A stretch of DNA of 53,806 nt, taken from Thraustochytrium aureum (lineage: Eukaryota). The translations under genes were made by a program, and so were the position numbers. This document shows positions 22,501 to 32,906 of the stretch, piece by piece. Under the pieces are notes generated by a model. The model made no database searches. It saw nothing but the letters and a program-made list of their open reading frames with translations, and was not told the DNA's origin. The stretch spans positions 7,890 through 61,695 of the forward strand of contig BLSG01000174.1 of assembly GCA_012862495.1 (NCBI GenBank). Reading direction: 5' to 3'. Each line of letters starts with the position of its first letter. Position 1 is the first letter of the stretch.

Positions 22501-25500
22501 AGGGCCTGGACCAGCTCAGACATGGCGTCGATGTCCTTGCGGCGCATCGCGTCCTCCAGCTTTTCGATGAGCGCGGCCTGTTCCTGCAGGCGGTCCAGCA
22601 AGGCACGCGCTGTGCGCGCCTCAGTCGAGCCCGCGAGCCCGAGCTCTTCCGCGTTTTCAAGGGCGGACTCGAGGCTGCGGATGTCGCGCGACTCGATCGC
22701 GCTGCGCAGGGCGTCAATGGCGTCCTTCTCCTCGTGGACCGCTTGACGATTGCCTTGGCCTCCTTGACCACGTCGTGGGAGGCCGAGACCCATCGTTTCT
22801 GCGGTGGCGATGAGGCTCGGGAGAGCGCCGACGTCCTTGGCGTCAACCGCTGTGCGAAGCATCTCGAGGTGCTTTTCCTCCTCCTTGATCTCCCCGAGGA
22901 TCCGGCGCGCACGGTCTAGGAGCGTGGTGTGCTTGCCAGCGTTGGGCAGGCCCGCGGCGAAGGGAATGGCCGTCTCGAGCAGGCGCCGGTTGCGCTCCCG
23001 GATGCCGCGCTCGAGGTCCTCGAACGCAGTCTTGGTGCGCACATACTTGCTGCGCGCCAGAAAGCGCCGGGTCTGGCGCTGCAGGAGGACCGTGACGTCC
23101 CAGAGCGCCTCTTCGCGGGCCTTGGAGAGCTCGTCGAACTGGGCGGCGCGCATAAAGACTTTGCTCTTGCCCTTTTGCCACTCGGCTCCCTTGAGCAGGC
23201 CGTCCGCGACGAGCTTGTCCAGGAGGTCGTCGAGGTCCTTGGCCTCGGGGTGAATGCAGCAAAACATCTGGAAGAAATCAGCGTGGTCCTTGCGCACCGG
23301 GTACCCCATCTGCCGGATGCGGCACACCTCGAGCAGGCCGGCGTAGCGGAGCTGGTCGAGCACGAGAGGCTCCTCGAACACGGAGGGTTTCTTGAGCGCG
23401 TTCGGCTTGATCGTTCGCACAAAGTGCGGCTCTGTGGCGCTGAGGCGGACCATGAGCGTGTCGAGCTGCTCCTGAAACTTGCGGCCCAGCGTTTTGCGGT
23501 TGCCGCCGTTCTTCTGGCGCTTGACTTCGCGGACCTCGTTCTCGTTCTCGGCCGCGAAGAGCTCGCTGACGAGCTCGATCGACGAGCCCGCCACGACGTC
23601 GAGTAGGTCAGTGCGCAGCACGTCTCGGTTCTTCTCGAGAAAGCCGGTCACGTTGTACATGACCTCGCCGGCAAAGTGGACGATGATGAAGGCGTTGCGG
23701 GCGCCCTCGTTGTTGCGCATCACCTTGACGCCTGGCTCCTTGAGGAACACCTTGGTGTCCAAGGGGCGGCCAGTGCCCAGCAGCGAGGTGGTCGTCATGT
23801 TGTTTCCCGTCGCGCGGCGCAGCATCTGCGGCGTGAACGACTTTTTGCGGGCGGGCGCGGGGCCCGAGCTCGACCCGTTGCTGGAGACGCCGGCCTTGGC
23901 GGCCATCTGCTTGGCGGTCTGGAGCACCTTGGCCAGGAAGCCGTCGTCCGTGCCGCGGAGCAGGTTGACTTCGTCGTCGCAGATTGCAAAGATGCCGTTG
24001 CTCTTGTGGTCGATCGTGTCGATGACGCCTTGGTTGTCGGAAAAGCCGATCTGCGACACGTCGATCTCCTCGGCTGCGTAGAGCGCCTGCTCGAGCTTGA
24101 AGATGTGGTTGTTGAAAAACCCCTGGAGCTTCTCGTTGCAGTAGTTGATGCAGAGCTGCTCGAACGAGTTGTGCCCAAATGACTCGAACCCAAAGATGTC
24201 GAGGACGGCAATTTTACGCGTCTGCTTCCCATCGGCCTTCCTGAGCGCAAGGTTGACGCGGTGTGTGAGCCAGTTGAAGAGCCGCGAGTAGGTGTGCTTG
24301 GCCAGCGCGTCGCGAGACTCGGTGGCCTCCCGGACGTTGTGCTTTTGGATGACCCGCTCCGCCTTGTTGGAGATGTCGCGGTTCAGGAGGCCGTGCGAGA
24401 GCGCGTCGGCGTCGACCCCGAGCATGTCCGCCGCGTCCTGGAGTGGCCCCTTGTTGATGATGCCGGCAAAGTCGGTGTTGCCCTGCGGCTCAAATTCGAT
24501 ATTGCCAAGGTGGAGGATGCCAGCCAAGACGCGGTTCACCGCGTCCTGGTCCTTCTGGTCGAGCCTGAGCAGGCGCATCGAGCTTACTGTGGCCTCCCAC
24601 TCGATTGCGTCCTCGACGTTTTCGATCTGAGTCGAGTCTTTGGTCGACTGGTTGAGATAGTAGTATTGCGTCGCCTCATCGAGGCGCAGGTTCTTCTTCA
24701 TGTCGGCGTCCTCCGCAGCGGCAGCGCAAAGCTGATAAAAGACGTGGTACGACCTCTCGCCCTCGAGGTGGCGGACCACGCGGCTCTTCTCGAGGAGGTA
24801 GTTTGTGATCTCGCCGCCGACCACCGTGTTGGTGTTGCGGTCAAAGATGACGTCGATGAGCTTGCCGAACCGAGACGAGTTGTCGTTGCGCACCGTCTTG
24901 GCATTTCCAAAGGCTTCCATGAGCGGGTTTACGCCCAGGATCTGCTCACGAAGCGGCACGGTGTACTCGCGCCCACCGGAGGGACCGCCCTGGTCGGAGC
25001 TCATGCTGCTTGGGCCGTCGCTTCGGTTGCGCCGGCTCCGCTCTGCAATGTACTGCAGGAAAAGCTTGGTTGCCTCGGTCTTGCCGGCCCCGCTCTCGCC
25101 TGTGATGATGCAGCTCTGGTCGTTGTTGTACGTCGTAAGCTGGTAGAAGGCGTCCTCTGCGACGCCGTAGATGTGCGGCTGCATCTCGGACACGTTACTG
25201 CCCGAGCCGATGAAGTCGTCCATGATCGCGGGTCCGAACAGCTCGGGCAGGTACTTGTATGGGTTGACCGAGATCAGGATTGTCCCGATGTTGGTGAAAA
25301 TCTCGTCCTTCTCGTACCGCAACCGCAAGTTGTGCAAGAGCGACGCATCGTCGAGCTGCTTGAGTAAGACCATATCAGGCCACCTGCGCAGGCTCTGCGG
25401 GTCCATGACCTGTGTGTTTGCGCTCTGCTTCGCCGTGATGCGCACCAGCCGGTCCTCGGCAACGAGCAACACCGCGCCAGGTTTGCCCTTCTCGAACGAG

Positions 25501-25577
25501 GACGTCACCTTTGCCGCCACAAAGCAGTGGTCATCGTCCGGGAGAAACACATACGTGTCCTTCTCAAACACGGGCAT
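19555..25577 (-). CDS. Unconventional myosin: motor, IQ, helical-repeat tail, MyTH4 and FERM-like domains (gap near C-terminus)
   Basis: GESGAGKT, NDNSSRFGK, DIFGFE, FEQLCINYCNEKLQ, HFAG and PHFVRTIKPN. IQ-like LQRQTRRFLAR. MyTH4-like DEIYIQLCKHL..RAWLLMCAC..FPP. The frame past the gap ends in TAG at 19555. Confidence 0.95.
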
Positions 25578-27361
25578 TCTGCCTCGTTGCGCGTCGCGCG
25601 CCTGGCCGGCTTCGGGTCAAAGGCCNNNNNNNNNNNNNNNNNNNNNNNNNNNNNNNNNNNNNNNNNNNNNNNNNNNNNNNNNNNNNNNNNNNNNNNNNNN
25701 NNNNNNNNNNNNNNNNNNNNNNNNNNNNNNNNNNNNNNNNNNNNNNNNNNNNNNNNNNNNNNNNNNNNNNNNNNNNNNNNNNNNNNNNNNNNNNNNNNNN
25801 NNNNNNNNNNNNNNNNNNNNNNNNNNNNNNNNNNNNNNNNNNNNNNNNNNNNNNNNNNNNNNNNNNNNNNNNNNNNNNNNNNNNCTGCTGCTGCTGNGCC
25901 CGGGTGTCGTACTTGCTTGGTGGTCTGCTGACCGCGTGGAGCTCCGGGAAGGAGAAATGCACTCTATCAATTCGTTTGTGCACGCCACGCCTGAAGAGGA
26001 GGCAGGAGGTGAAGGCAAAGGTGGAGAGGCTTGCTCCTTGTCGCTGTCCTTCAGACCATGCACCCGCCGGCAAACAGCGCTCCACGAGCATAGTTCGTCG
26101 GCGCCGCCCGCCTCACGACCGCTGCGAGCGAACGGAGGTGGAGGCGCTGCACTTCGCAGGGCCCAGAGAGTAAAAAAGTCAGAGTGGGTTTTAGGCTTGT
26201 GCATTGACCGCGATGACCAACACCGGCGGCCGCAACGCACAAGTCGGACCGATTGATGAGCTGCGGCAAAGGCTCGGCGTGATGCGCGGCGCTGTCAAGC
26301 CGGCCAGCGCTTGAGCCGATGGCGGCCGCGCTTGATTGCCCGCCCTTTCCAGCCCTCCGCGCGCCGCAAGCGTTGAATGGGAGTTTCTCGCCGCGGAGCG
26401 CTGAGGGTTGCCAGTGCAGAGACGGCAAGGCTTGAAAGGGACGAGCAAGGAGGGGCGCCGCGCTGCGAGAGGAAAACGAGTGCAACCTCGAGAGCATGCG
26501 AGCGAGCGAGCGAGCGAGCGAGGGAACGAACCTCACGGCTTGGGCAGGATTGGAGCGCGTGAAGGCGGAGGACGGGCAGGAGTGGGCATGGCCACCATGC
26601 GGGCAACACGCATGAGCTCGCCAGCCAAAGGCGGTACCTATCCACCGTGAGCCGCGCCCGGCGCGCCGGCCCATGCATCTACCAGTCTCGCCCTTTTGCC
26701 AAAACCGCAGGTCCGTTTCGACAGACTTGGAAGTGTGAAGGCTGTCCAAAGAGCGAGCGAGAGTGTGCGTCGTTTGTGAGGTGGGACCTTTGAAGAAAAC
26801 GAATCTACGCGTGAGAGGCAAGAACGAGTCGCAGTTCAACTCTTTCCGAGCCGCCTTTCAGTGAATAGCGCCGCTCTTGAGCCAAGAGGAGAAGCGCCGG
26901 CCATGGCCCTCACAAGCGCTTGTGAGGCACGCACTGTCATGGGGTGTGCACCCGGAAGGGGGTCAAGTGATGAGGAAAGACATCAAGATGTCCTTGGGCC
27001 TACTGTTCCTTTGGCCTATGTACTTTGCATACACACGAGTTCGTGTTGCGGCGAACCGAGTCTCGTGCGGGCGCCCGCGCGAGCAAATCAACTCGCGACG
27101 GAACGTCGGACCCACCCGCGAGGCGCGCCCTGCTCTTGTCCGCTTCTCTGCCGTCGCCTTGGCTCGGAGCGGCGTGGTCAGAGTCAGAGCGCCCCCCAAG
27201 ACGTGCGCGCGCGGTAGCCGGGCGTGTAGATCCCCGCTTGGCAGACTTTCTCAAGGCGGCTCGCAACAGCGCACCCCGGAAGGATGCGGTTCATCACTTT
27301 ATATGAGACCGATTGGCCGTCGTGAAAGCCGTCTTGGTCAACATCGTCGGCTTCGTCCAGC

Positions 27362-28732
27362 TCACCTTCGCCCTTGACGACCGGCCGCTCGCCCCTGGCC
27401 CTCCTCGCTGGCCCTTGCTTGCTCTTCGGCACCGTCTTCCGCGGAGCCCTGCGCAGGGCAGCGCCCGCTGTGCTCTGCAGTGCCGCAACTTGAGCCACCT
27501 TGCCGCGTTGCGGCTGGTCCCGCGGGTGGCGCTCGCTGATCGAGCTGTCGAACAGCGCAATCATGCAGGTCCTCGCCGTGAAGGTCTTGGCCGCAGCCCC
27601 GCCGAATCGAGGCAAGACACCGAGCGTCGTCGTGTAGGTCGCGCGAAGGGAGGCGGCCCTCGGGCGGCAAGTCCCTGGCAAGAATGTGCGACAGCGTTAC
27701 GTTTGCGTTGGCGTACGACTCGCGCAGCGAGTAAGTGGGGCCTTCGGGACGAGGCTTGCCTTGCTCGAGCATGGAAAAGTAAAGCGTGGGCCGCGTCAGG
27801 TTCGAGCCGTTTGCAGACCCACGGTGGATCGTGCGCGAGTCGTAGATGGCAAGCGAGCCCTGCGGAACTGCGAGTCGCAAGAAGGGAGCCGAGAGCAGCA
27901 TCTCTTGCTCGTCGTCGCTGAGAAAGTGGTAGTGCGTGTGCGTCCCCGGGTAGACGTCGAACGGCGCCACGTTCTCGCCGACATCATCTAGGTAGATGAA
28001 CGCCGAGAAGAGCCGCGCCTCGTCGGTGAGCTGCGACACGTCCTCCATCCCCACGTCCCCGTGGAAATTCTGCCCCGGGGCGCCAGGGTAGGTCGTCAGC
28101 GACGAGAATTCCGTGAGCAAGGCGTCCGGCCCAAGCGTCGCTACGAGCGCCGGCTCGAGGAGCTGTACTGCGTGGCGGAGCATCTCGAACATCGCCCCGT
28201 GCAGCGGGAGCGGGTAGTCCTTCCGGTAACGGCGTTCGGCGATGCGGCCAAAGTTGACCCAGGGGTCGAGAATCTCCTCGTTCACCAGGGCGGCCACGTG
28301 GCGGCACTGCGCCGCGCTGAATACCGCGGGGAGAATGACAACGCCATGGGAGTTCAAACGCTCTGCGATTGCCTTCCAAGTCGCTTTGCCGAGCCGGCCC
28401 GTGAGCTTTTCTTCTGGGAGCAGGTGGACGCTCGCGAGCTCCAAGGCGACACCTGTTGCGCTGTGCTCGCGGTCCCAGGTGGTGTTGTCAAATCCGAGGG
28501 CCCCTTGCACGTCCTTGGCCATCAAAAGCTCACTCACTTTGTTTCGCATGAAGACCTGTCCCACTTTGGCCGCCTCCTCTGCGCTCAGGAGCGAAAACGT
28601 CTCCCGCATGAGCTTGCCGCGCATGGCCTCGCCGCTCTCCGTCTGCAGCAGCCTTAGCTGCGCCACGAGCGCTGCGTTGAGCGCCAGGGACGCAGCGCAG
28701 GTCGCCGCAACAAGCTTGGCCAAGCCGCCCAT
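27362..28732 (-). CDS. PhyH-family Fe(II)/2-oxoglutarate dioxygenase with N-terminal signal/anchor; 3' end uncertain
   Basis: LNSHGVVILPAVFS, PGAPGQNFHGD (HxD), FIYLDDV, VYPGTH, GSLAIYDSRTIHRGSAN and RPTLY. Hydrophobic N-terminus MGGLAKLVAATCAASLALNAALV. Confidence 0.85.
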   Translation of the reverse strand: MGGLAKLVAATCAASLALNAALVAQLRLLQTESGEAMRGKLMRETFSLLSAEEAAKVGQVFMRNKVSELLMAKDVQGALGFDNTTWDREHSATGVALELASVHLLPEEKLTGRLGKATWKAIAERLNSHGVVILPAVFSAAQCRHVAALVNEEILDPWVNFGRIAERRYRKDYPLPLHGAMFEMLRHAVQLLEPALVATLGPDALLTEFSSLTTYPGAPGQNFHGDVGMEDVSQLTDEARLFSAFIYLDDVGENVAPFDVYPGTHTHYHFLSDDEQEMLLSAPFLRLAVPQGSLAIYDSRTIHRGSANGSNLTRPTLYFSMLEQGKPRPEGPTYSLRESYANANVTLSHILARDLPPEGRLPSRDLHDDARCLASIRRGCGQDLHGEDLHDCAVRQLDQRAPPAGPAATRQGGSSCGTAEHSGRCPAQGSAEDGAEEQARASEEGQGRAAGRQGRR

Positions 28733-29392
28733 TCCGCCACAGCTCTGCCAGCCCAGCCAAGAGCTTCTCAGGTTGGCCAGTGCGCCAGTACGGGCGCAGC
28801 CGGCACCAGCTTTTCGNNNNNNNNNNNNNNNNNNNNNNNNNNNNNNNNNNNNNNNNNNNNNNNNNNNNNNNNNNNNNNNNNNNNNNNNNNNNNNNNNNNN
28901 NNNNNNNNNNNNNNNNNNNNNNNNNNNNNNNNNNNNNNNNNNNNNNNNNNNNNNNNNNNNNNNNNNNNNNNNNNNNNNNNNNNNNNNNNNNNNNNNNNNN
29001 NNNNNNNNNNNNNNNNNNNNNNNNNNNNNNNNNNNNNNNNNTTGCAGCTTCGAGTCTGTCCCTTGCAGAACAGAAAGCAACGGGCCGAAACGAACAGGAC
29101 AGAAACGTGAGTAACAGCAACTCGCAAGCCAAGCCATTGCAATGATGCCGCAGCAAGCGACGCAGACGATGCTGGCCAGGGCGTCAAAAGCGCAGGGTCT
29201 GGGGAAGGCGTGGCGCGATGGGGAGTAGAGGACGGCGGTCTCGAAGGAAAATAATAGGAGTACTGCAGAGAGTGCAAGCAAAACATTCTCAGTTGTCGGG
29301 TGCCGGCCGAGCCCACCGCGGCACCACGATCGCGCCTGGTGGCCGTGCCGCAAGGAGACAGGACGTGTGTTCTGTTGGGTAAAAGGCGGGCA

Positions 29393-32029
29393 TCATGCCT
29401 TTGGCGGCAGGATGTTGGCGGACGCTTTGAGCCAAAAGTTGAGCATGAGCGAGGCCTCGCTGTTGTAGACAACGTGCCACCACTCGTCCGGGTTGTAGAG
29501 CATCTCGCCGGGACCCACGTCCAAGATGATCGACTCGGGCAGACCCATTTTGAAGGCCGGGAGCTGCTTGGCGCGTTCCTTGTTGTAGTCGTTCGGGTCA
29601 ATGAGCTGCGCCCAAATCACAACCCCGGCCTTCTTGCCGTACATGAACGGCCGGTTTCGCGGCGGGAAGAGGTGCCACCGCTTTGAACCAAGCACCTGGT
29701 AGGCCAAGTTGCCCTTGTTGGTGTGGTCGCAGTGAAGCGAGGAGAGCGAGCCCTTGGGCCCGAGCCACATGGAGGGACGCTGGAACGAGCTCTGGCGAAC
29801 CCACTCCGGGTACCTAAAGTCGTACTCCTCCATAGCCGCCTTGTCAAGCTTGTTGTTGCCAGCGTAGACCGGGAGCGCGTTGGGGTCATGCGGCGGAGCC
29901 TCGTTCGTCTCGCGGAAGGAGCCGTCGGCTGTCTTGGCCACGATGTTGGCGTTCTGCAGGTAATCGGGCAACGCCTGGCGCTCGAACTTGCGCGTTCTGA
30001 CGGTGGAATAGTTTTTGCGCACCACGAGCTCGGTCTCCTTGTTGTTGTTGAGGAACGTGACCCAATCGCCCTCCCAGATCTTGTGTTCGCTCGTGAGCGT
30101 GATCTTGTGAGGGGACTGCCGCTTTGTGAAATAGGTCGCGATCGTCTGAAAGTTGATCCGGTTCGAGGGCACATTGCCGATGGAGCAAAAGCAGCTCGAG
30201 CAGGCCGTGGGAGAGGAGCAGATGTGGCCGCCCTTGTCGGTGCCTTGCGCTGACGCAACGATCTCGTTCTTGAACACCGAGTTGAGCACCGCATTGCCCA
30301 GGAAAAGAGCCGTCAGGCTGCTACTGCCAGGGCGGGCAGTGTTCGCAGGGGCTCCCAAAGTTGGAGCAAACATGTCGAGCGCGGAGAGAGAGACGTGATT
30401 ATAGAGCTGGATCGGCGCGGGCGGCTCAGTGGCCATATCGTCAGGGCTGATGCTGCCGACGGCCATGGCTCGCGCATTCTTATACCCATGCTGGCGCAGG
30501 ATGCGGACCGCCTTGTTGGCGTTTGCGCCGCTCGAGCAGAACACCACAATCTTCGTGTCCAAGTGCAGGTTTGGCGCCCAGCCGTTCTGCATCTTTAAGA
30601 GCGGCAAATGGACCGAGTACCGGTTGAAGTATTGCAGCTGCTTTTCCTCGAACGGCTTGTTGTCATTGCGCACATCGACCAAGACGTATTTGGCGGCCTG
30701 CTGCTTGAGCTCGTTGATCTTGATCGTGAACCGTTGCGCATCGGCAGACGCCTCGGCGGCGCCCGCTCCTGCAGACCCTTTCAGGCCTGCACCGGCGGCC
30801 CCTTTCAGACCCGCACCGGCGGCTCCTTTCAGGCCGGCGAGCGCGGCGCCCTTCGGCCCAGGAAGCGCCCGCCGGACGAAGAGCGCGTTTTGCTTTTCGG
30901 CGAGGACGCGGCGGATCTCTTTCGCGGTGGCTTCGTTCGTCTTTATCGCCGAGGTGCTTTGCTCGAGGTCGAAGAAGGGCTGCGTGGTCCACACCACGTT
31001 GACGCTTTCGACAGCTAGCCGGCTGCCGAGGCGCAAGAGCAGGCGCGCGAAGCCGATCTCGCGGCCCTTGTCAGCGCTCCAGTTGACCACGATCGTAACA
31101 GCAACATTGGGCGCGTGCGCCTTGCTTTCGACGAATTCGGCGAGCCGCTCTTCAAGCGCCTCCTGCGCCTGCAAGCCGAGAGGCTGCGGGACCTCGAGGT
31201 GGTGAAACAGGTCGCTCATTTGCGCTGCCTCGGCAAAAGCCGAGCCCGTGTCGCCGTCCAGGAAAACCACGAGGCGCTGGAGGGCCTGGTCGTCCCTCAC
31301 CCACAACTCGTCGCCCGTAAACTGGTACAGCCAGCAGTTGTGCGGGTTCCAGACCAGGCCAGGGCTGCCGTCCTCGCCGAGCGCTCCCGTTGCCGTCCAA
31401 GCCCCTCCCGCGTAAAACACCTTGTTGGCTTGCTTGACAGAGCAGTGGCGGAGCGCGGGGCACGTGTGCCCAACCATGGCCTTGAACTCTTCAAGAGTGA
31501 AGAAGGGCGTCGACGCGTCGATGCCCCACTCGCGCTGGACCTGGGCTCGGCGCGTGGGCGCCTCGGCGAGCATCTCGTCCCAGTTAACCACAGACCGTGC
31601 CGCCTCGCTGCGGCTCTTGTCATTCGTCTCCACCAGGATGGCTTTTGGCGCGCCGTCCTCGGGGCCGCTGTCGCGCGCGGCCAAGCTGGCACGCTGCGCC
31701 TCCAGCGCAGCCTCGGCAAGCCGCAGTTCCTCTGCGGCTTGCGCGTTTTCCATGTGATCGGCTTCCGCATCTTGGCTCTCCTGGTGAGTCAGGGGCTGGC
31801 CATTCAAGATTTCCTGGGTCTCTGCGTCGTCCACGGCAGCCGCCTCCTCAGCGGGCGAGCTGCTCTTGCTTCGCAGAGCGCTGCTCCGCTGCGCGGCGAG
31901 TCTGATCTCGTCGGCCTTTTGGGCGAGCCATCCACGCCGCGCCGAGGTCCCGTCGTGATTCATCGAGTCCATGGTAAACCTGTGCAGCAAGACCATGGCG
32001 AGAGTCCCAAGAACCATGCAAATCACCAT
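29393..32029 (-). CDS. Multidomain membrane-anchored protein: TM, SGNH/TBL-like region, rhodanese, JmjC (cupin_8) hydroxylase
   Basis: JmjC: MWLGPKGSLSSLHCD..LAYQVLGSKRWHLFPP..VGPGEMLYNPDEWWHVV. Rhodanese: VLVDVR..KIVVFCSSGANANKAVRILRQHGYKN. N-terminal hydrophobic helix. The start may extend into the gap. Confidence 0.85.
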   Translation of the reverse strand: MVICMVLGTLAMVLLHRFTMDSMNHDGTSARRGWLAQKADEIRLAAQRSSALRSKSSSPAEEAAAVDDAETQEILNGQPLTHQESQDAEADHMENAQAAEELRLAEAALEAQRASLAARDSGPEDGAPKAILVETNDKSRSEAARSVVNWDEMLAEAPTRRAQVQREWGIDASTPFFTLEEFKAMVGHTCPALRHCSVKQANKVFYAGGAWTATGALGEDGSPGLVWNPHNCWLYQFTGDELWVRDDQALQRLVVFLDGDTGSAFAEAAQMSDLFHHLEVPQPLGLQAQEALEERLAEFVESKAHAPNVAVTIVVNWSADKGREIGFARLLLRLGSRLAVESVNVVWTTQPFFDLEQSTSAIKTNEATAKEIRRVLAEKQNALFVRRALPGPKGAALAGLKGAAGAGLKGAAGAGLKGSAGAGAAEASADAQRFTIKINELKQQAAKYVLVDVRNDNKPFEEKQLQYFNRYSVHLPLLKMQNGWAPNLHLDTKIVVFCSSGANANKAVRILRQHGYKNARAMAVGSISPDDMATEPPAPIQLYNHVSLSALDMFAPTLGAPANTARPGSSSLTALFLGNAVLNSVFKNEIVASAQGTDKGGHICSSPTACSSCFCSIGNVPSNRINFQTIATYFTKRQSPHKITLTSEHKIWEGDWVTFLNNNKETELVVRKNYSTVRTRKFERQALPDYLQNANIVAKTADGSFRETNEAPPHDPNALPVYAGNNKLDKAAMEEYDFRYPEWVRQSSFQRPSMWLGPKGSLSSLHCDHTNKGNLAYQVLGSKRWHLFPPRNRPFMYGKKAGVVIWAQLIDPNDYNKERAKQLPAFKMGLPESIILDVGPGEMLYNPDEWWHVVYNSEASLMLNFWLKASANILPPKA
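30765..30860 (-). repeat. In-frame 24-bp coding repeat (AAGAGLKG, about 3-4 copies)
   Basis: GAALAGLKG AAGAGLKG AAGAGLKG SAGAG linker just before the rhodanese domain. Confidence 0.85.
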
Positions 32030-32906
32030 GCCGCGCCTTGTGNNNNNNNNNNNNNNNNNNNNNNNNNNNNNNNNNNNNNNNNNNNNNNNNNNNNNNNNNN
32101 NNNNNNNNNNNNNNNNNNNNNNNNNNNNNNNNNNNNNNNNNNNNNNNNNNNNNNNNNNNNNNNNNNNNNNNNNNNNNNNNNNNNNNNNNNNNNNNNNNNN
32201 NNNNNNNNNNNNNNNNNNTTTTTCTCGCTGGGGTCCTCTTCGTCCGAAGGGGACGACCGCGGCGACTGGGGCGGCGAGTCGCTGCTCAGCAGGCTCCCAG
32301 ACGACGCCGCGCGGGCCGACCCCAAGCGCTTGTACATGGTCGTCGCCATCCTCGGGCCCTCAAGTGACGCAGCTGGCAGCTGGCAGTGGCGCTGCACAGC
32401 GAAGCGGCACGAGCAGCAGCCGGAAAGTACTGCTCCTCGACGGCCTTCGCAGCCCTCTCCGACCTCGAGCGCAGCCTCGGTGCCTCGCCGCAAGGGTGTC
32501 TGCTCGACCAGGTGCAAGAGACAACCGAGCACCATCGCAACTGGGAGCCGACCGTTCCACCGAGTCTGATAATGTGCAGTAGAAACTGTTTCCACGCAGA
32601 GGTCCCAAGGAACGCGGGGAACGAGAGCGCCTTTCGTACAAGACAGGTTTGCGGTTTGCCTGCCACATTGCCTCCAGGAGTCATCACTGATCACAGAGGT
32701 CACAGGTCGCATCGAACGAGCGTCACAACGCAGGCCGCATCGAACGCATTGTTTGGACGCGGGCCGCCGCCTGGCAGGGGCACCGTGGCGTGCATACATG
32801 CATTCATGTTGCATTCATGCATGCCGCGGCGAAAGCAACTGGAAGCAACGTTGCGTGATCTCAGCGGGGCTCGAGTAGGGTCCAAACGGGTCAGCACCTG
32901 CAAATG

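Noticed and set aside
22735..22790. Odd GLPRRGQGGQGNRQAV segment in the myosin tail
   Set aside because: The alternate frame (SHDVVKEAKAIVKR) fits the repeat pattern, so compensating indel errors are likely.
20439..22919. 826-aa plus-strand ORF and other long antisense ORFs
   Set aside because: These are shadow ORFs from GC-rich codon bias opposite real genes, with no recognisable motifs.
26877..27377. Small ORF with a hydrophobic stretch (MSLGLLFLWPMYFAY)
   Set aside because: No recognisable motifs, and it cannot be distinguished from a chance ORF.
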